Part shown: one piece after another, positions 1 to 11,990 of the stretch | Position numbering within the stretch: the first letter of the stretch is position 1 | Layout: each line of letters starts with the position of its first letter | Assembly (NCBI RefSeq): GCF_964204865.1 | Contig: NC_135258.1 | Coordinates: forward strand, 17,422,001 to 17,486,000 | Source of the DNA: Styela clava | Lineage: Eukaryota | Length of the DNA: 64,000 bases | Reading direction: 5' to 3' | The notes under the pieces: model-generated | The model's database searches: none | Seen by the model: only the letters and a program-made list of their open reading frames with translations | Told to the model about the DNA's origin: nothing | Translations under genes and position numbers: made by a program

Positions 1-789
1 TATGTCATATTCGACCTAGAAACTACTGACCTGCGAGACCGCAAAATCACAGAAATTTATATGGCTGCCGTTGCGAGATGCCATCTTGGTGTCACTGAGG
101 ATGTGAATCCATATTCAGTGATACAAGATAAGATTCGAATATCTGTCGACCCCAAAAGAACTGTCGAACCAGTAGCAGTAGATCTAACTGGCTTAACACG
201 AAAGGATCTCTTGCTACGTCAGAAACTACCGTGGAGTTCGCTCACAAACACACTGGTTGCTGATTTTTTGAAAAGACAGACACAACCATTGTGTATTCTT
301 GCTTTCAATGGAAATAGATTTGATTTCAAAGTGTTGAAAATGCATATAGGTTCTATGTCCGTCGAGAAAAAGTTCTCTCGATATTTCAGCGCAGACGTAA
401 TGACTGGAACGAGTCGCCTCTTGATGGAAAACGGCGTAAAATTAGAAAATAAAAAATTGGATACCATGTTCAAACATTTGGTTGGGGAATTTGAAATCCA
501 AGAGCGTCATTCAGCTGAAGGAGATGTAAATGCCACAATAGCGTTATTACAGAGATCGCCAGGGGATATTCTTCAATGGTTTGATCAATATAAGGTACCT
601 TTCAACGGGCGTTCTTTTACACCGCCCCAGCGGAAGAAAAAGAAGAAAGTGAAAAAATCAGATGAAAACGAAAAAGAAAAAGTCACATCAACCCTGAAAA
701 AGAAAGAAAGAAAAAGAAAAAATAAGAAGGCACTGTCAACTAATTTTGTAACAAATAATCAGAATGAGTCGTCAGCTTCAACGTCATAA
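1..789 (+). CDS. TREX-like DEDDh 3'-5' exonuclease, intronless, 5'-partial (about 3 codons lie upstream of the window)
   Basis: Frame 1 is open from base 1: YVIFDLETT (ExoI), LAFNGNRFDF (ExoII), RHSAEGDV (ExoIII), then a Lys-rich tail. The paralog at 16427 starts MATYVIFDLETT, so the track's Met at 61 is internal. Confidence 0.85.
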   Translation, partial: YVIFDLETTDLRDRKITEIYMAAVARCHLGVTEDVNPYSVIQDKIRISVDPKRTVEPVAVDLTGLTRKDLLLRQKLPWSSLTNTLVADFLKRQTQPLCILAFNGNRFDFKVLKMHIGSMSVEKKFSRYFSADVMTGTSRLLMENGVKLENKKLDTMFKHLVGEFEIQERHSAEGDVNATIALLQRSPGDILQWFDQYKVPFNGRSFTPPQRKKKKKVKKSDENEKEKVTSTLKKKERKRKNKKALSTNFVTNNQNESSASTS

Positions 790-1802
790 ACAAAAGTTAC
801 ACCTTCTCAATCTCGACGTTGAAGATATGTTGAAGCAAATATATTTATCCTTATCTGCTACAAATCTGTATCTGCATGATTCTAATCTTTTCAGTTGTTT
901 AGACATTTATTCAATCATTTTTAATCATGCTGTAACCATATCATCTTGTTGTAAATCCTAAATAATGAAGTTCCTGTACAAATTATAGATTGCACTTCGA
1001 AACCATGACATAAAGACCAGGGAACTAACAAACGAATAATATAAATGTTCGTATTCTAGAATTAATTATCATGCCACTTAAAAGTTCCTTGTATTCCGAA
1101 TAAGTTCAAATGTTAAGTTGCTTTATTGTTAAATTGTTTCACTGCCAAGCCAAATTTGACGAAAATAATGCAAAAATAAAAGGTTTATATTTTTGAAATA
1201 ATCTGAGTTAGATTAGTTTTGAAAATATATTTTGATGGAAATCGATTTATCTTTGTTAAATTTGTCTGTTCACTTTATTTCGAAGTCAGTCACCGGTGGG
1301 TGACTCAATTCGAAACTTCGATTTGTATATACCCGTATGCGTGCATTCACCACATGCTCCCGTGTTTGAACGATTAGCAAATTGCTAGTATGGGTATACA
1401 ATATCCCGTTACTAACTTACTAGCAAAATAATTATAGGATTTTGTGGGTTCCATAAATTTGTAAGCATGCAAAGTAGAGAAATCAAGTCAGAGCTACGTA
1501 ATTCTTCAGACTCACAAATTATTCTGTCTTAGATATCTGAGAAATCACGGATATATCCTTCGACAATTTGTTGTTGCTAAAAGTGCTTGTGGAGACTGCG
1601 TCTCGCGTGCATGATTTAAATTTGAATACCCCACAAGTCTTTCCTAATTTATCCGCTTGACGCGTTATGTGCAAAAAGTTTTCAAATGGAAAACCGGTTT
1701 GACCATAAGCTATTCTGTATATTGCTTGACAACATTACTGGTGATGCACTAATTGTATCCAAAGTCGTACTTACCACCTCATTGCATGCCAATGAGTGTT
1801 AC

Positions 1803-2080
1803 TGTCATACAATAGGTATAATATTGTATTATTGTTATGCTCTAATGACTTTTCATGCGTGCCCTATTTTCTTTATGTATGTTGTGGCGCATGAATATCT
1901 TGTTTACAGGGTGTCTTCGTTTTCGATGTTCTAGGAGTAACACGTAAATTTGATGCTGTGCTGTGTTAGAAGTAAATGTGAATACTTAATATATGAGCTG
2001 ATTGTTGGTGTGGATGGTTGGGAAGTAAGGTGCCTCAATAATAATAATTATAGTTGCCATCAACAAGGAGAACTATAACA
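1803..2080 (+). repeat. 5' LTR (278 bp)
   Basis: TGTCATAC...TATAACA; differs from the 3' LTR by about 3 substitutions and 1 indel by eye. Confidence 0.97.
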
Positions 2081-2098
2081 TGGTGTCAGAAGTGGGAT
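2081..2098 (+). promoter_or_regulatory. Primer-binding site complementary to the tRNA-Leu 3' end
   Basis: TGGTGTCAGAAGTGGGAT directly abuts the 5' LTR and is the reverse complement of ATCCCACTTCTGACACCA, the 3' end of metazoan tRNA-Leu(CAA/CAG). Confidence 0.88.
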
Positions 2099-2175
2099 TA
2101 TAATTTACTTCCGTGAAAACCAACGCTGGATTAAAACTTCGTACCGGTAAGCCTATTTTGCCTTAACAAAGCATA

Positions 2176-3627
2176 ATGGCGGATAAATTTAAAACACCGG
2201 AGATGGACTGGACGAGTGCAGGCAATATGCATAAGCGGTTTAAGTTGTTCAAACAGAAGTGCGACCTTATCTTCGACGGGCCACTTGCTGATAAACCGGA
2301 AGCCTACAAGGTGAGAATGTTATTACTCTGGATCAATGATAAAGGTCTTGAAATTTACAATACATCTGTTTGGACAGAGGAGGGTGATAACATGAAGTTG
2401 GCAAGAGTATTGGAAAAGCTTGAAGCCTATACTAAACCGCAAAGTAACCAGATACTAGTTCGTTTTCAATTGCGAAGTTTGAAACAAGGTGACACATCTC
2501 TAGAAGAGTTTGTCACAAAAGCACGATCTCTCATTGATGAAAGTGGTTATGCTGCAACTGCAGTAGATGAAACACTACGAGATACATTGGTTTTTGGTTT
2601 AAAATCTGACAAAGTGCGTAAGGATGCAATTGCTTTGGGTAATATGTTAACATTCAAACAAATTTATGATCTTGCTAAAACAGAGGAAAGTACCAAAGCA
2701 CAAATGGAGATTATTACAACAAATAACACAACCAATGATTTACATGCAATGAAGAGACAACCAGCATATAGAAAATCCAACAACAAGTCAGTGTTTCAAA
2801 GACACAGTAAGCCAGGCATGAAGGATGAAAATAAGTCCATTGCAGATAGATGTCAAAAATGCGGTGGAAGACACTACAGATATGATGATTGCCCTGCAGC
2901 AGGAGTACGATGTAATCACTGTGGGCGAATCGGGCACTTCAAAAGAGTTTGCCGCATAATGCAAAGAGAAAGACATAAGCTACACGAAGTAGTGGATAAA
3001 TTTGATAGCTATTACATTGATGATGGTGGATCAAGCGAAGACGAAACAGGGAATATTGGGTGCATAAGCTCAAATAAGTTGCATAGACAACACAGTATAG
3101 TGAATGGTATGATTTCACAAAGCGGATCAGTCCCTGTCAAAGAGAAAATATTTGTCCGAGTGAAGTTGAATGACAAATTCAATGTAAAACTAAAAATTGA
3201 TACAGGAGCAGATATATGTACAATCACGAGAGATGATTTACGACGCTTGGATATAAAGCTCCATGTAAAAGACAATAGCTGCATACTACATAAGTATGGC
3301 GGTGGAAGAATAAAAACATTTGGACAAGCAAAGATAAAAATTACTTTCAATGGAAAATCAATGTGGATTAATTTCATTATAGTTGAAGGTAATGGAAGCC
3401 CATCAGTTCTTGGATGCAAACAGTCGCAAGAATTGGGTGTAATAACAGTAAATATCCATGATATTGAGAGCGGAAAGAGAAAAAAGGGAATCCGTGTAAT
3501 ACAGAAAATTCTCGTCAAGAAGCTGCTGAGAAAGGAATTCTCACGAAAAGTAAATTGCTTGATGAATATAAGGATTGTTTTGACAAGATTGGTCGTTTTC
3601 CACATGATAGATACCACATTCAGTTAA
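2176..3627 (+). CDS. gag: Retrotransposon Gag plus aspartic protease
   Basis: Two tandem zinc knuckles (CQKCGGRHYRYDDC, CNHCGRIGHFKRVC); protease active site KIDTGAD; flap/C-terminal motifs YGGG and SVLG. Confidence 0.92.
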   Translation: MADKFKTPEMDWTSAGNMHKRFKLFKQKCDLIFDGPLADKPEAYKVRMLLLWINDKGLEIYNTSVWTEEGDNMKLARVLEKLEAYTKPQSNQILVRFQLRSLKQGDTSLEEFVTKARSLIDESGYAATAVDETLRDTLVFGLKSDKVRKDAIALGNMLTFKQIYDLAKTEESTKAQMEIITTNNTTNDLHAMKRQPAYRKSNNKSVFQRHSKPGMKDENKSIADRCQKCGGRHYRYDDCPAAGVRCNHCGRIGHFKRVCRIMQRERHKLHEVVDKFDSYYIDDGGSSEDETGNIGCISSNKLHRQHSIVNGMISQSGSVPVKEKIFVRVKLNDKFNVKLKIDTGADICTITRDDLRRLDIKLHVKDNSCILHKYGGGRIKTFGQAKIKITFNGKSMWINFIIVEGNGSPSVLGCKQSQELGVITVNIHDIESGKRKKGIRVIQKILVKKLLRKEFSRKVNCLMNIRIVLTRLVVFHMIDTTFS

Positions 3628-6377
3628 AAGATAATGCACAACCAGTTGTACATCCACCTCGAACAGTGCCTGTACACATTTTACCTTTGTACAAAAAGGA
3701 GTTGGAAAATATGATTGCAAATGATGTGGTAGAACAAGTTACACAGCCTACTGACTGGGTAAACTCAATTGTGTGCAACGTCACAAAGACAAGTGATGGA
3801 AAACAAAAGGTACGCCTATGCTTAGACCCAAAGGACCTAAATAAAAATATAAAGAGGGAACATTATTACAGTCGAACAATCGATGAAATCTTGCCAAAAT
3901 TGCATGCGAAGAAATATTTCTCTGTTGTCGATACAAAAAAGGGATTTTGGCATGTAGAGCTAGACGACGAGTCAAGTCTACTACGCACATTCAATACACC
4001 TTTTGGAAGACATAGATTTAAGCGACTCGCATTTGGCACATGTGTTTCCTAGGATATATTCCAAAAGAAGCTGGATGATATATTTCAAAATATCCCCAAT
4101 GTGACTGGTATAGCCGACGATATAATCGTGTATGGTGAAACACCAGAAGAACATGACAAATCATTCATAAAAATGTTGAATGAATGCAGAAAAAATAATA
4201 TTGGACTGAATAGTGAGAAATTGCAGTTCAAGCAGAGAAAAGTTGAATTCTATGGACATTCCTTGTCAGATAAAGGAATACAACCATCTGAGGATAAATT
4301 GAGAGTGATAAAGAATATAAAATCACCGGAAAATGCAAAGGAATTGCTCCCCATCCTCGGAATGATAACATATCTCAACAGATTTTCAACGAAAATTGCA
4401 GAATTATCAGCACCGCTGAGAAGATTAACAAAGAAAAGTGTACAATTTGTTTGGGAGTCTGAACATCAACATGGTTTAGATAGAATAAAAGTTGAACTTT
4501 GTGCAGTGAGAATTTTATCATATTATGACCCTAACCCAAACACAACTACAATTTTGCAATGTGATGCAAGTTTAAAAGGTCTTGGGGCCTGGATTAGACA
4601 AATTGATTGCAATGGTGAAGAAAATATAGTTGCAATGGGATCAAGAGCACTCACAGATGCTGAAAGCAGATATTCTAACATAGAAAGAGAATGTTTAGCA
4701 GTTGCTTATGGTCTGGAGAAATTTGAATATTATCTATATGGACGACATGTAATTGTTGAAACAGATCACTCTCCACTAGAACAAATATTCAAGAAAAATA
4801 TTGTTGACGCTCCAGCAAGACTGCAACGGTTATTGCTAAAATGTTTAAAATTTGATGTCACAATCAAGTACAAGCAAGGAATAAAAATACCTGTTGCTGA
4901 TGCATTGTCAAGAGTGATTGAAAATGAAAAAGAGAAGAATAGCGAGCAATATAAAATACACTTCATGGCAAGTGAAGCACCACCAATAAATTTGGAAGTT
5001 ATAAAACAAGCGACAGATGAAGACATGGTATGTAACAAGTTGAAAAAAATTATTTACAAGGGTTGGCCTGATCAAAGAAAACAATGTCCACAAGAGTTAT
5101 GGGACTATTGGAACTTTCGATGTGATTTAGTTCTTGAAAATGGCCTCATTGTCAAAGGAAATCGAATAGTTGTACCTAGCAAGCTAAGGTCACAAGTTTA
5201 GAATGCTCTTCACAGTGGACATCAAGGTGAAACTAAATATTTATTGCTGGCAAGACAATCAGTGTTTTGGCCTGGAATTACAAAAAATGTAACTGACATG
5301 GTAAAGAGTTGTGAGTTATGTAACAAATATTATTCTGCTCAAGCAAAAATGCCAATGATGAAACCTGATTTACCTTCAAGGCCATGGGAAAAACTTGGGA
5401 CAGATATTTTTGAGTTCCAAGGCAATAAGTATTTAATGATTGTGGATTACTTTTCAAGATTTCCAGTTGTGAGAAAACTGCAAGATATGACAGCTGAATC
5501 AGTATGTGAACAATTTTCAAATGTACTTGCAGAATATGGTTTATGTTCCACAATACTAGCAGATTTTGGATCTCAATATGTGAGTCAATTGTTCAGAGGA
5601 AAATGTGATGCTAATGGAATTACAATGACCTTCAGTTCACCTTATCATCACCAAGCAAATAGTCTCGCAGAAAGAGCTATTGGCACTTGTAAATCATTAT
5701 GGAAAAAAGCCAAAGAAGAGGGGAAATCTCTGGAATCAAGCTTATGGATTTATCGAGTCACACCACTTGATTATCAAACACCATCACCATTTGAATTGTT
5801 ATTTGGTAGAAGACCAAGAACATTTATGCCTATGAATGAACGATCTTTACAATCGAAAAGTACAGAGCTTGAAAAGCAGCAAGAGATTAATGAAAATAAA
5901 CAGGCGAAACAAAAAGAATTTTATGATCGAAAAGCTTCCATTGAAAGAAGACCACTGTCGAAAAATGAAGATGTATATGTGTGGAATGATCTAAGAAGAA
6001 TATGGGAGCCAGGAAAAATTGAAAATATACCAAATCCTGTTAGAGAGCCAAGAACCTGCACAGTTCTATTGAATTCGAAATTATATAGGAGAACTCGTGA
6101 ACACCTAAAACCAAGAATTGCTGCAAATAAGTCAAAGTATAATGAAAAGAAATTTGAATTGAAACCATTTTATTATACTCAAGCTCCAGTGATTGATAAT
6201 AATCTAAAGAACAGTACAACTCCTGAAGAAGTACAAAATCAGGAAAAAGAAATAAAGGCAGAAGAGACACATAAAGAACCTCAACCTACAATGGATAGAA
6301 ATACTGGATTTATACCAAAAGCTCAGACAACCAAGTCAGGAAGAACTACACAAGTTCCAGCCAAGTTTAGGGATTAG
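3486..6377 (+). pseudogene. pol: Retrotransposon Pol (RT-RNase H-integrase) with two in-frame stops
   Basis: RT motifs VRLCLDPKDLN, DTKKGFW and GIADD; RNase H CDAS/ERE/TDH/ADALSR; integrase HHCC and D-D-E (GTDIF, ADFGSQY, LAERAI). TAG at 4050-4052 and 5199-5201; lies in the -1 frame relative to gag-PR. Confidence 0.93.
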
Positions 6378-6423
6378 AGTGTACCCCTTTTATGTGCATA
6401 TAATGGTTCTTTTTTATTTATCG

Positions 6424-6435
6424 AAAAAAGGGGGA
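6424..6435 (+). promoter_or_regulatory. Polypurine tract
   Basis: AAAAAAGGGGGA immediately 5' of the 3' LTR. Confidence 0.9.
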
Positions 6436-6714
6436 TGTCATACAATAGGTATAATATTGTATTATTGTTATGCTCTAATGACTTTTCATGCGTGCCCTAT
6501 TTTCTTTATGTATGTTGTGGCGCATGAATATCTTGTTTGCAGGGTGTCTTCGTTTTCGCTGTTCTAGGAGTAACACGTAAATTTGATGCTGTGCTGTGTT
6601 AGAAGTAAATGTGAATACTTGAATATATGAGCTGATTGTTGGTGTGGATGGTTGGGAAATAAGGTGCCTCAATAATAATAATTATAGTTGCCATCAACAA
6701 GGAGAACTATAACA
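6436..6714 (+). repeat. 3' LTR (279 bp)
   Basis: Near-identical direct repeat of 1803-2080, followed by TSD GTTAC. Confidence 0.97.
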
Positions 6715-6737
6715 GTTACCTAATTAAAAGTATGAGG

Positions 6738-6890
6738 AGATCGACAGGGAATATTCTTTTTTTGTTTGATCAATATAAGGTAGCCTACTTTTTGAAGGGC
6801 TCTCTTTTACACGACATCAGCCGAAGAAAAAGAAGACAGTGGAAAAATTAGATGAAAAAGAGAACGCAACATCACCTCCAAAAAAGAGAA
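6738..6890 (+). pseudogene. 3' fragment of the TREX-like gene (partial tandem duplicate)
   Basis: Aligns by eye to ~552-705 (gagatcg..tttgatcaatataagg..aaaaagaag). Confidence 0.75.
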
Positions 6891-7004
6891 ATTTTGTATA
6901 TTGCTTGACAATATTACTGGTAATGCACTAATTGTATCCAAAGTCATACTTACAACCTCATTGCATGCCAATGAGTGTTAACTAATTAAAAGTATGAGGA
7001 AATT

Positions 7005-7740
7005 CAGAGATCGACAGAGAATATTCTTTTTTTGTTTGATCAATATAAGGTACTTTTTGAAGGGCTTTCTTTTACACGACATCAGCCGAAGAGAAAGAAG
7101 ACAGTGGAAAAATTCGATGAAAAAGAAAACGACACATCGCCTCTAAAAAAGAGAAAAGAAAAAAATGATAAGCCAATGTCAACTAATTTTGAAACGAATA
7201 ATCAGAATGACTCGTTAGCTCAATCGTCATGTACACAAGTTACAACTTCTCAATCTCTGACGTTGAAGATATGTTGAAGCAAGTAATTTTATGCTTATTT
7301 GCTACAAATCTGAATCTGCGTGATTTTGATCCTTAGCTGTTTTGACTGACATTTATTTAATCATTTTTAATAATGCTGTAACCATATCATCTTGATATGA
7401 ATCCTAAATAATGAAGTTTTTGAACAAATTGTGTATTGCAGTTCGAAACCATGGCACAAAGACCGAAAAATATAAATGTTCGTAATCTATGATTAATTCT
7501 CATGCCACTGAAGGTTCCTTTTATTCTGAATAAATCCAATTGATAAATTGCTTCATTGTTGAATTGTTCCACTGCCAAGTCAAATGTCACGGAAAGAATG
7601 CAAAAATAAAATGTTGTTCAATATATTTTTAAAATAATACATTAGTTTTGGATAATTTTTTGATGGAAATCAATTTTTCATCGTTAAATTTGCATGTTCA
7701 CTTTGTTTGAAAGTCAATCACCGGTGGGTGACTCATTTAA
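7005..7740 (+). pseudogene. 3' fragment of the TREX-like gene plus 3' flank (partial tandem duplicate)
   Basis: ORF 7032-7277 (FDQYKVLFEG..STNFETNNQN) matches the C-terminus of 1-789; downstream DNA matches ~790-1315. Confidence 0.8.
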
Positions 7741-7957
7741 AACCTCAGGGGGAAAAAAGAGTTGTAAACTTGCAAATTGCATTAATTGTGTAGATTGTAT
7801 AAGAACGGCTTAAAGTATCAGGTTTTCAGTATTAACAGGAAGAGTTATGAATTAGATTTATGTAAAGCGTGTCATGTTCTTCTTTCTCTCACTACCGATT
7901 TTTTTTCTTCCCTTGTGCACTCATGTGGACAAAAATGAGTCCTCACTAATTTAGCTA

Positions 7958-10562
7958 CACTGTAAAAAATATTAAGGGCGATTTACAACCAAACGCGCGG
8001 CAGCAGCGATGCCATGCACTTCGTTGTGAACACCATATACAACTTCAGATGTATTGTATCGTTGCAAGCGCTTGTAATTTTACAACCAAATGTATGTACT
8101 AGGCAAAAGCAGTGGGTTGGATGTCTCCGATTTTTACAGCCATAGCGATGCTAACCTTAACTACAAGAAGAAGTTGTAAAACTAAACAACATCCGCAAAG
8201 TAACTCGATTAACCCTCATGCCAGCACTTGAAGAAATGAAATACAATTGAAAAGAAATCACTTTTAATAAAATATGTGATCAAATATCAGCAACGAAATA
8301 GTATCAAATACACTCGAGAAGTGATCGTCTCCGCCAGCAAAATAGTTCATTTCATCTCTTCAAATAGGTGGAAACCATCCAAAAGATTCAACATTGCAGT
8401 GGCCCCCTGTCACTTTTTTTTGCACTGGCTGTTTATCTTGGCAATTCGGCTGAAAAAAAATGGCATAGGCCTAGCTGGTATAAAATGTAAACAAGTAGTT
8501 GAGTGAGAAGTCAACATATTTACATATGTTATAACTTGATCTGCTGGGGTAAAATGATTCCATTAGCAAAGTGGTAGATTCATATTATATTCAATGCTCA
8601 GAAGAAGTTAAATTTATTATAGGCTATATCATTTCTGAAGCTCGCGATTATATCATTATCTCTCCAAACAATGAAAATTGTTATATAGAAAGACAAAAAA
8701 CTATGTTTGAATTTTTTTGTCTATTCATTGCACAAAAATCAACTTAGTGCAAGGAGGCTCACTATATACAGTAACATGATGCTCATATTTATAAGCAAGG
8801 CTTTTTTTATTAAACAGTCCATACCATTGCCATCGAAAAAAAGAAACACCAATAGCTGAATAGGCTACCAGTTCCTCACCTTTCCAGAAATTCGTTTGTA
8901 GTGTTGATACAATGACAGACTTGATAAAGGCCAAATGTGAATGCCCCAGAGGTAAAATGGCAGGATATGTTTGTCCACTTTCGAACTGAAAAGAATTAGC
9001 AGATTGAAGATGTATGAAAATGATATAGGCATGAAAAGTTCATGACTGTCTACTGCAGTAGCTAATCTTGCAGTTTCACTAGAGATGTCTTTCCAGATGC
9101 ATTTTATTTTAGATTAGTCTAGGTCAAATCTCGAATCAGTCATTTCAAATCGCAGGGTAACTGAAATTACAATTTTACCAGTCTGCTAATACAGTAATAG
9201 GCTTTTTAAGAATTAGGCTGACATTGTCTGAAATTTTAAAAAATAAGAGACCTTTCTGCATTGGTGTAGACTACCTTGGTTTAGAACTCCAATAAATAGA
9301 ATACCGGTAACAAAGATTAAACATGAGCAATTAAAAGTAAAATAACAGAATATGGTAGGCCTACAATAGCTCATTGTCTAAATGCAGGGATGGGACATCT
9401 AGTACGGCAATGCTGTAGTTAACAGGCCAATCCAATTAATGCAAAATTGATTAATAATGACAGATGTGGCATAAATTAACTCACCTTCCAAAACCTGAAG
9501 ATCTACCGGTAGTCTACAAGCACCAGTAGTCCAGAGTTTACAAGCTAGGTAACGGTATTTCTTTCTCCATACTTTCTGTTTTACAACCTTCAGGCAGCAT
9601 AGTGTAAAATATACAGGTTCACACTTTTAAACTAGGCTACTTCAATTGTTTTGAGAGTCGAACCAAGCCAAGCTGCTTCCTAGCGAAACTGGAATCCGCA
9701 CTAAACAGCCATTTTGGCGGGAAAGTACGTCCGGCTTTGGCGGAGTCAGAAAATTCAAATTCAAAATTTGAATCCGTTGCGATCTGAGATATTTCTAAAA
9801 CTTAGGAGCATTAAGCAAATAGTTAAATTAAGAAAATATGCCACTCAATTCAAAATTATATTAACCAAAACATTTGCATATACTTTGGTCCGATAAAAGA
9901 TATAGCGATACAGCGTAAAACTACTAGATTCACCAGTAGTTGGAGTCGTGACTGCAAGTGGACCTGTCCGTTTGAGAATGAGTGCTGTCAGTTGAATCAC
10001 CAGTTTACATGATGCCTAAAATAAAATATCCTTCCACTCGATATAATATTAAGTGCAATATTAGGATTTTTTTTTATCGTAAGCTATAAATTCTATGTCG
10101 AGATTGGGACATACGAAGCCGCAGGTTTACGTAGCATTGTATGACTTGCGCCTTAATTAAGACGCGAAGCCAAATTTGTATCAGTTTGGAACCAAATTCG
10201 TCGCACCAATGTATTTTTTATTGGCATGCATTTTGCTGATAATATGTGGAAGACTGTCTTCTGAGTTCCATGCTTTTGATTACTACCAAGTGGACTTATT
10301 TTAACATAACCGCGAGATAGCTGTTTTCAGTACAGCCGTTTTTGTATGTTACGTATAATTAATTCATCGTATATATATTTAACAACCGTATGTTTGTTTT
10401 ATGATTATGCAACAGTATATGTAATTTTACATCGTACAAGCGGTGAAATTACAACACGATGATGTAAAAATACGTATAAATACTTTCTCGTCCAAAATAC
10501 TGCCAAACGATCGTATTTTTTTACAAAGAAATGGCTGTAAAATTACAAAAAATTTTACAGTG
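7958..10562. mobile_element. Non-autonomous CACTA/EnSpm-like DNA transposon
   Basis: Termini CACTGTAAAA...TTTTACAGTG with TA on both sides (7956-7957, 10563-10564); many TTTTACA/TGTAAAA subterminal repeats; no transposase ORF seen. Confidence 0.75.
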
Positions 10563-10834
10563 TATCAGTGTTCACGAATTTGGATACAGAAAGGTGATGC
10601 AGCAACAGAATATTTGGAAATCATCGGGAAACGATAGACTAAATTACATGGCAAGCATGCGTAAGTTATGAACAAATAATAACGTTAGGAGAGCGTTATG
10701 GAAACTTTATATAACTTTGTCGGCATTAAAATAATACTCTAGGCTGCGCACCAGGCGAATAAAAGAGTTGTGAAAATCACATCGTCAAATTGAGTGAGTA
10801 AGAAACCGTAAAGTTTTGTTAACGTCCCCATGAC

Positions 10835-11314
10835 TAGGGATGGCGGAATCGAATCTGGATTTGATTATAGAATCGATTCCGATGCATTGGAATCGATTCT
10901 CAAGGTTAAAACTTGGATTGCAAACAATGTGTAACGTTTTATGGCAAGTCCTTTACATATATGTATAAATTTCTTCACTGCTATGCTGAGTTGCTACGAC
11001 GTCGCAAACTTCACTGTATATATGTATGTTCGCTAGAAGGTTTTTACGCCTATTTATTTCCAAAATATCTGTGAGTTCTTAGAAATTCGTTTTTTTTTTG
11101 CGATTTTGTCTACTGTGACAGATTGAACATTCATACTACTTAGTTTCGGCCTTCTTGTCCGTCCATATATTTGAACTTCGCTCTCGTGTTTGATTTCATA
11201 TGATATTGTTTAGGTGGGTATGTTTTCTCGGTAAGATATATCGAAGAATCGAGAATCGGAATCGAAATTTTAGGAATCAGTTAAGATTCGAATACTTGTA
11301 AGTGGTCATACTTA
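10835..11314. mobile_element. Degenerate hAT-like MITE
   Basis: TAGGGATGGC start and clustered GAATCG/CGATTC subterminal repeats at both ends; right TIR decayed and no TSD found. Confidence 0.45.
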
Positions 11315-11990
11315 GCAACCTTACCCATGGGTCATGACATGAAAGTCTGTGGCAGCCTAAAATAAAACTTACACAGACTGCGATCATAATCTAACAAGCC
11401 TATGGCACCATACAAATTTCAATAGCAACAACTATGTTGTAGTGTATGATTGGTTAAAAGCAGTGGCGGCGCGTCAATAGGGCCAACCGGGGCAATGCCC
11501 CGGTTGTTTTTTCGGTATAATAAAAAATGTTCGAAACATACCTCAATATCGGTTGCACAGACTGTCTACACTAGCCATATTTTCCCGGCATGGTTCATTT
11601 TTCGCTCGCAAAGCCTTCGCCGAACGTCGACGGGGCGACGCCGATTTTGCCCCGGTTGCTCATTGTATATCGTATTCTCTCTTTTATCTTTCACTCGCCG
11701 CGTTTGTCTCGTTTGTTTTCTGTTTCTTTTACTAAATCATCGGGGCTAGCCCCGAAATTATGACGACACAATGCCGACGTTTCTTACAACAACGTGTTAA
11801 CATATTCACACATTCCATCTCGTTCGTTGGTTGCTTGAAGAGTTGATAGTTTCCTCGCCTTCGTTTTTGTCGCTTGTTTCGCTATTTAAATCAGTTAGAG
11901 ACCTTTAGTCCATTTGCTTTCGATTTTCCACATTCCTTTTGAGCTCCTCACTTCTTTCCGGCTTCGCATTTCTTAGCCTTAGACCTCATA

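Larger units (their letters stand above)
1803..6714 (+). mobile_element. Full-length Ty3/Gypsy LTR retrotransposon, Mag-like, now defective
   Basis: TG...CA LTRs at 1803-2080 and 6436-6714; 5-bp TSD GTTAC (1798-1802, 6715-6719); PBS and PPT present; domain order gag-PR-RT-RNaseH-IN. Confidence 0.97.

Noticed and set aside
1686-1934. Duplicated hydrophobic ORFs (also 6379-6567) as a possible env or accessory gene
   Set aside because: They simply read into the two LTRs, and the first starts in flanking host DNA.
3012-3617. 201-aa antisense ORF in gag-PR, and other antisense ORFs over coding exons
   Set aside because: Shadow frames of real coding sequence with no motifs of their own.
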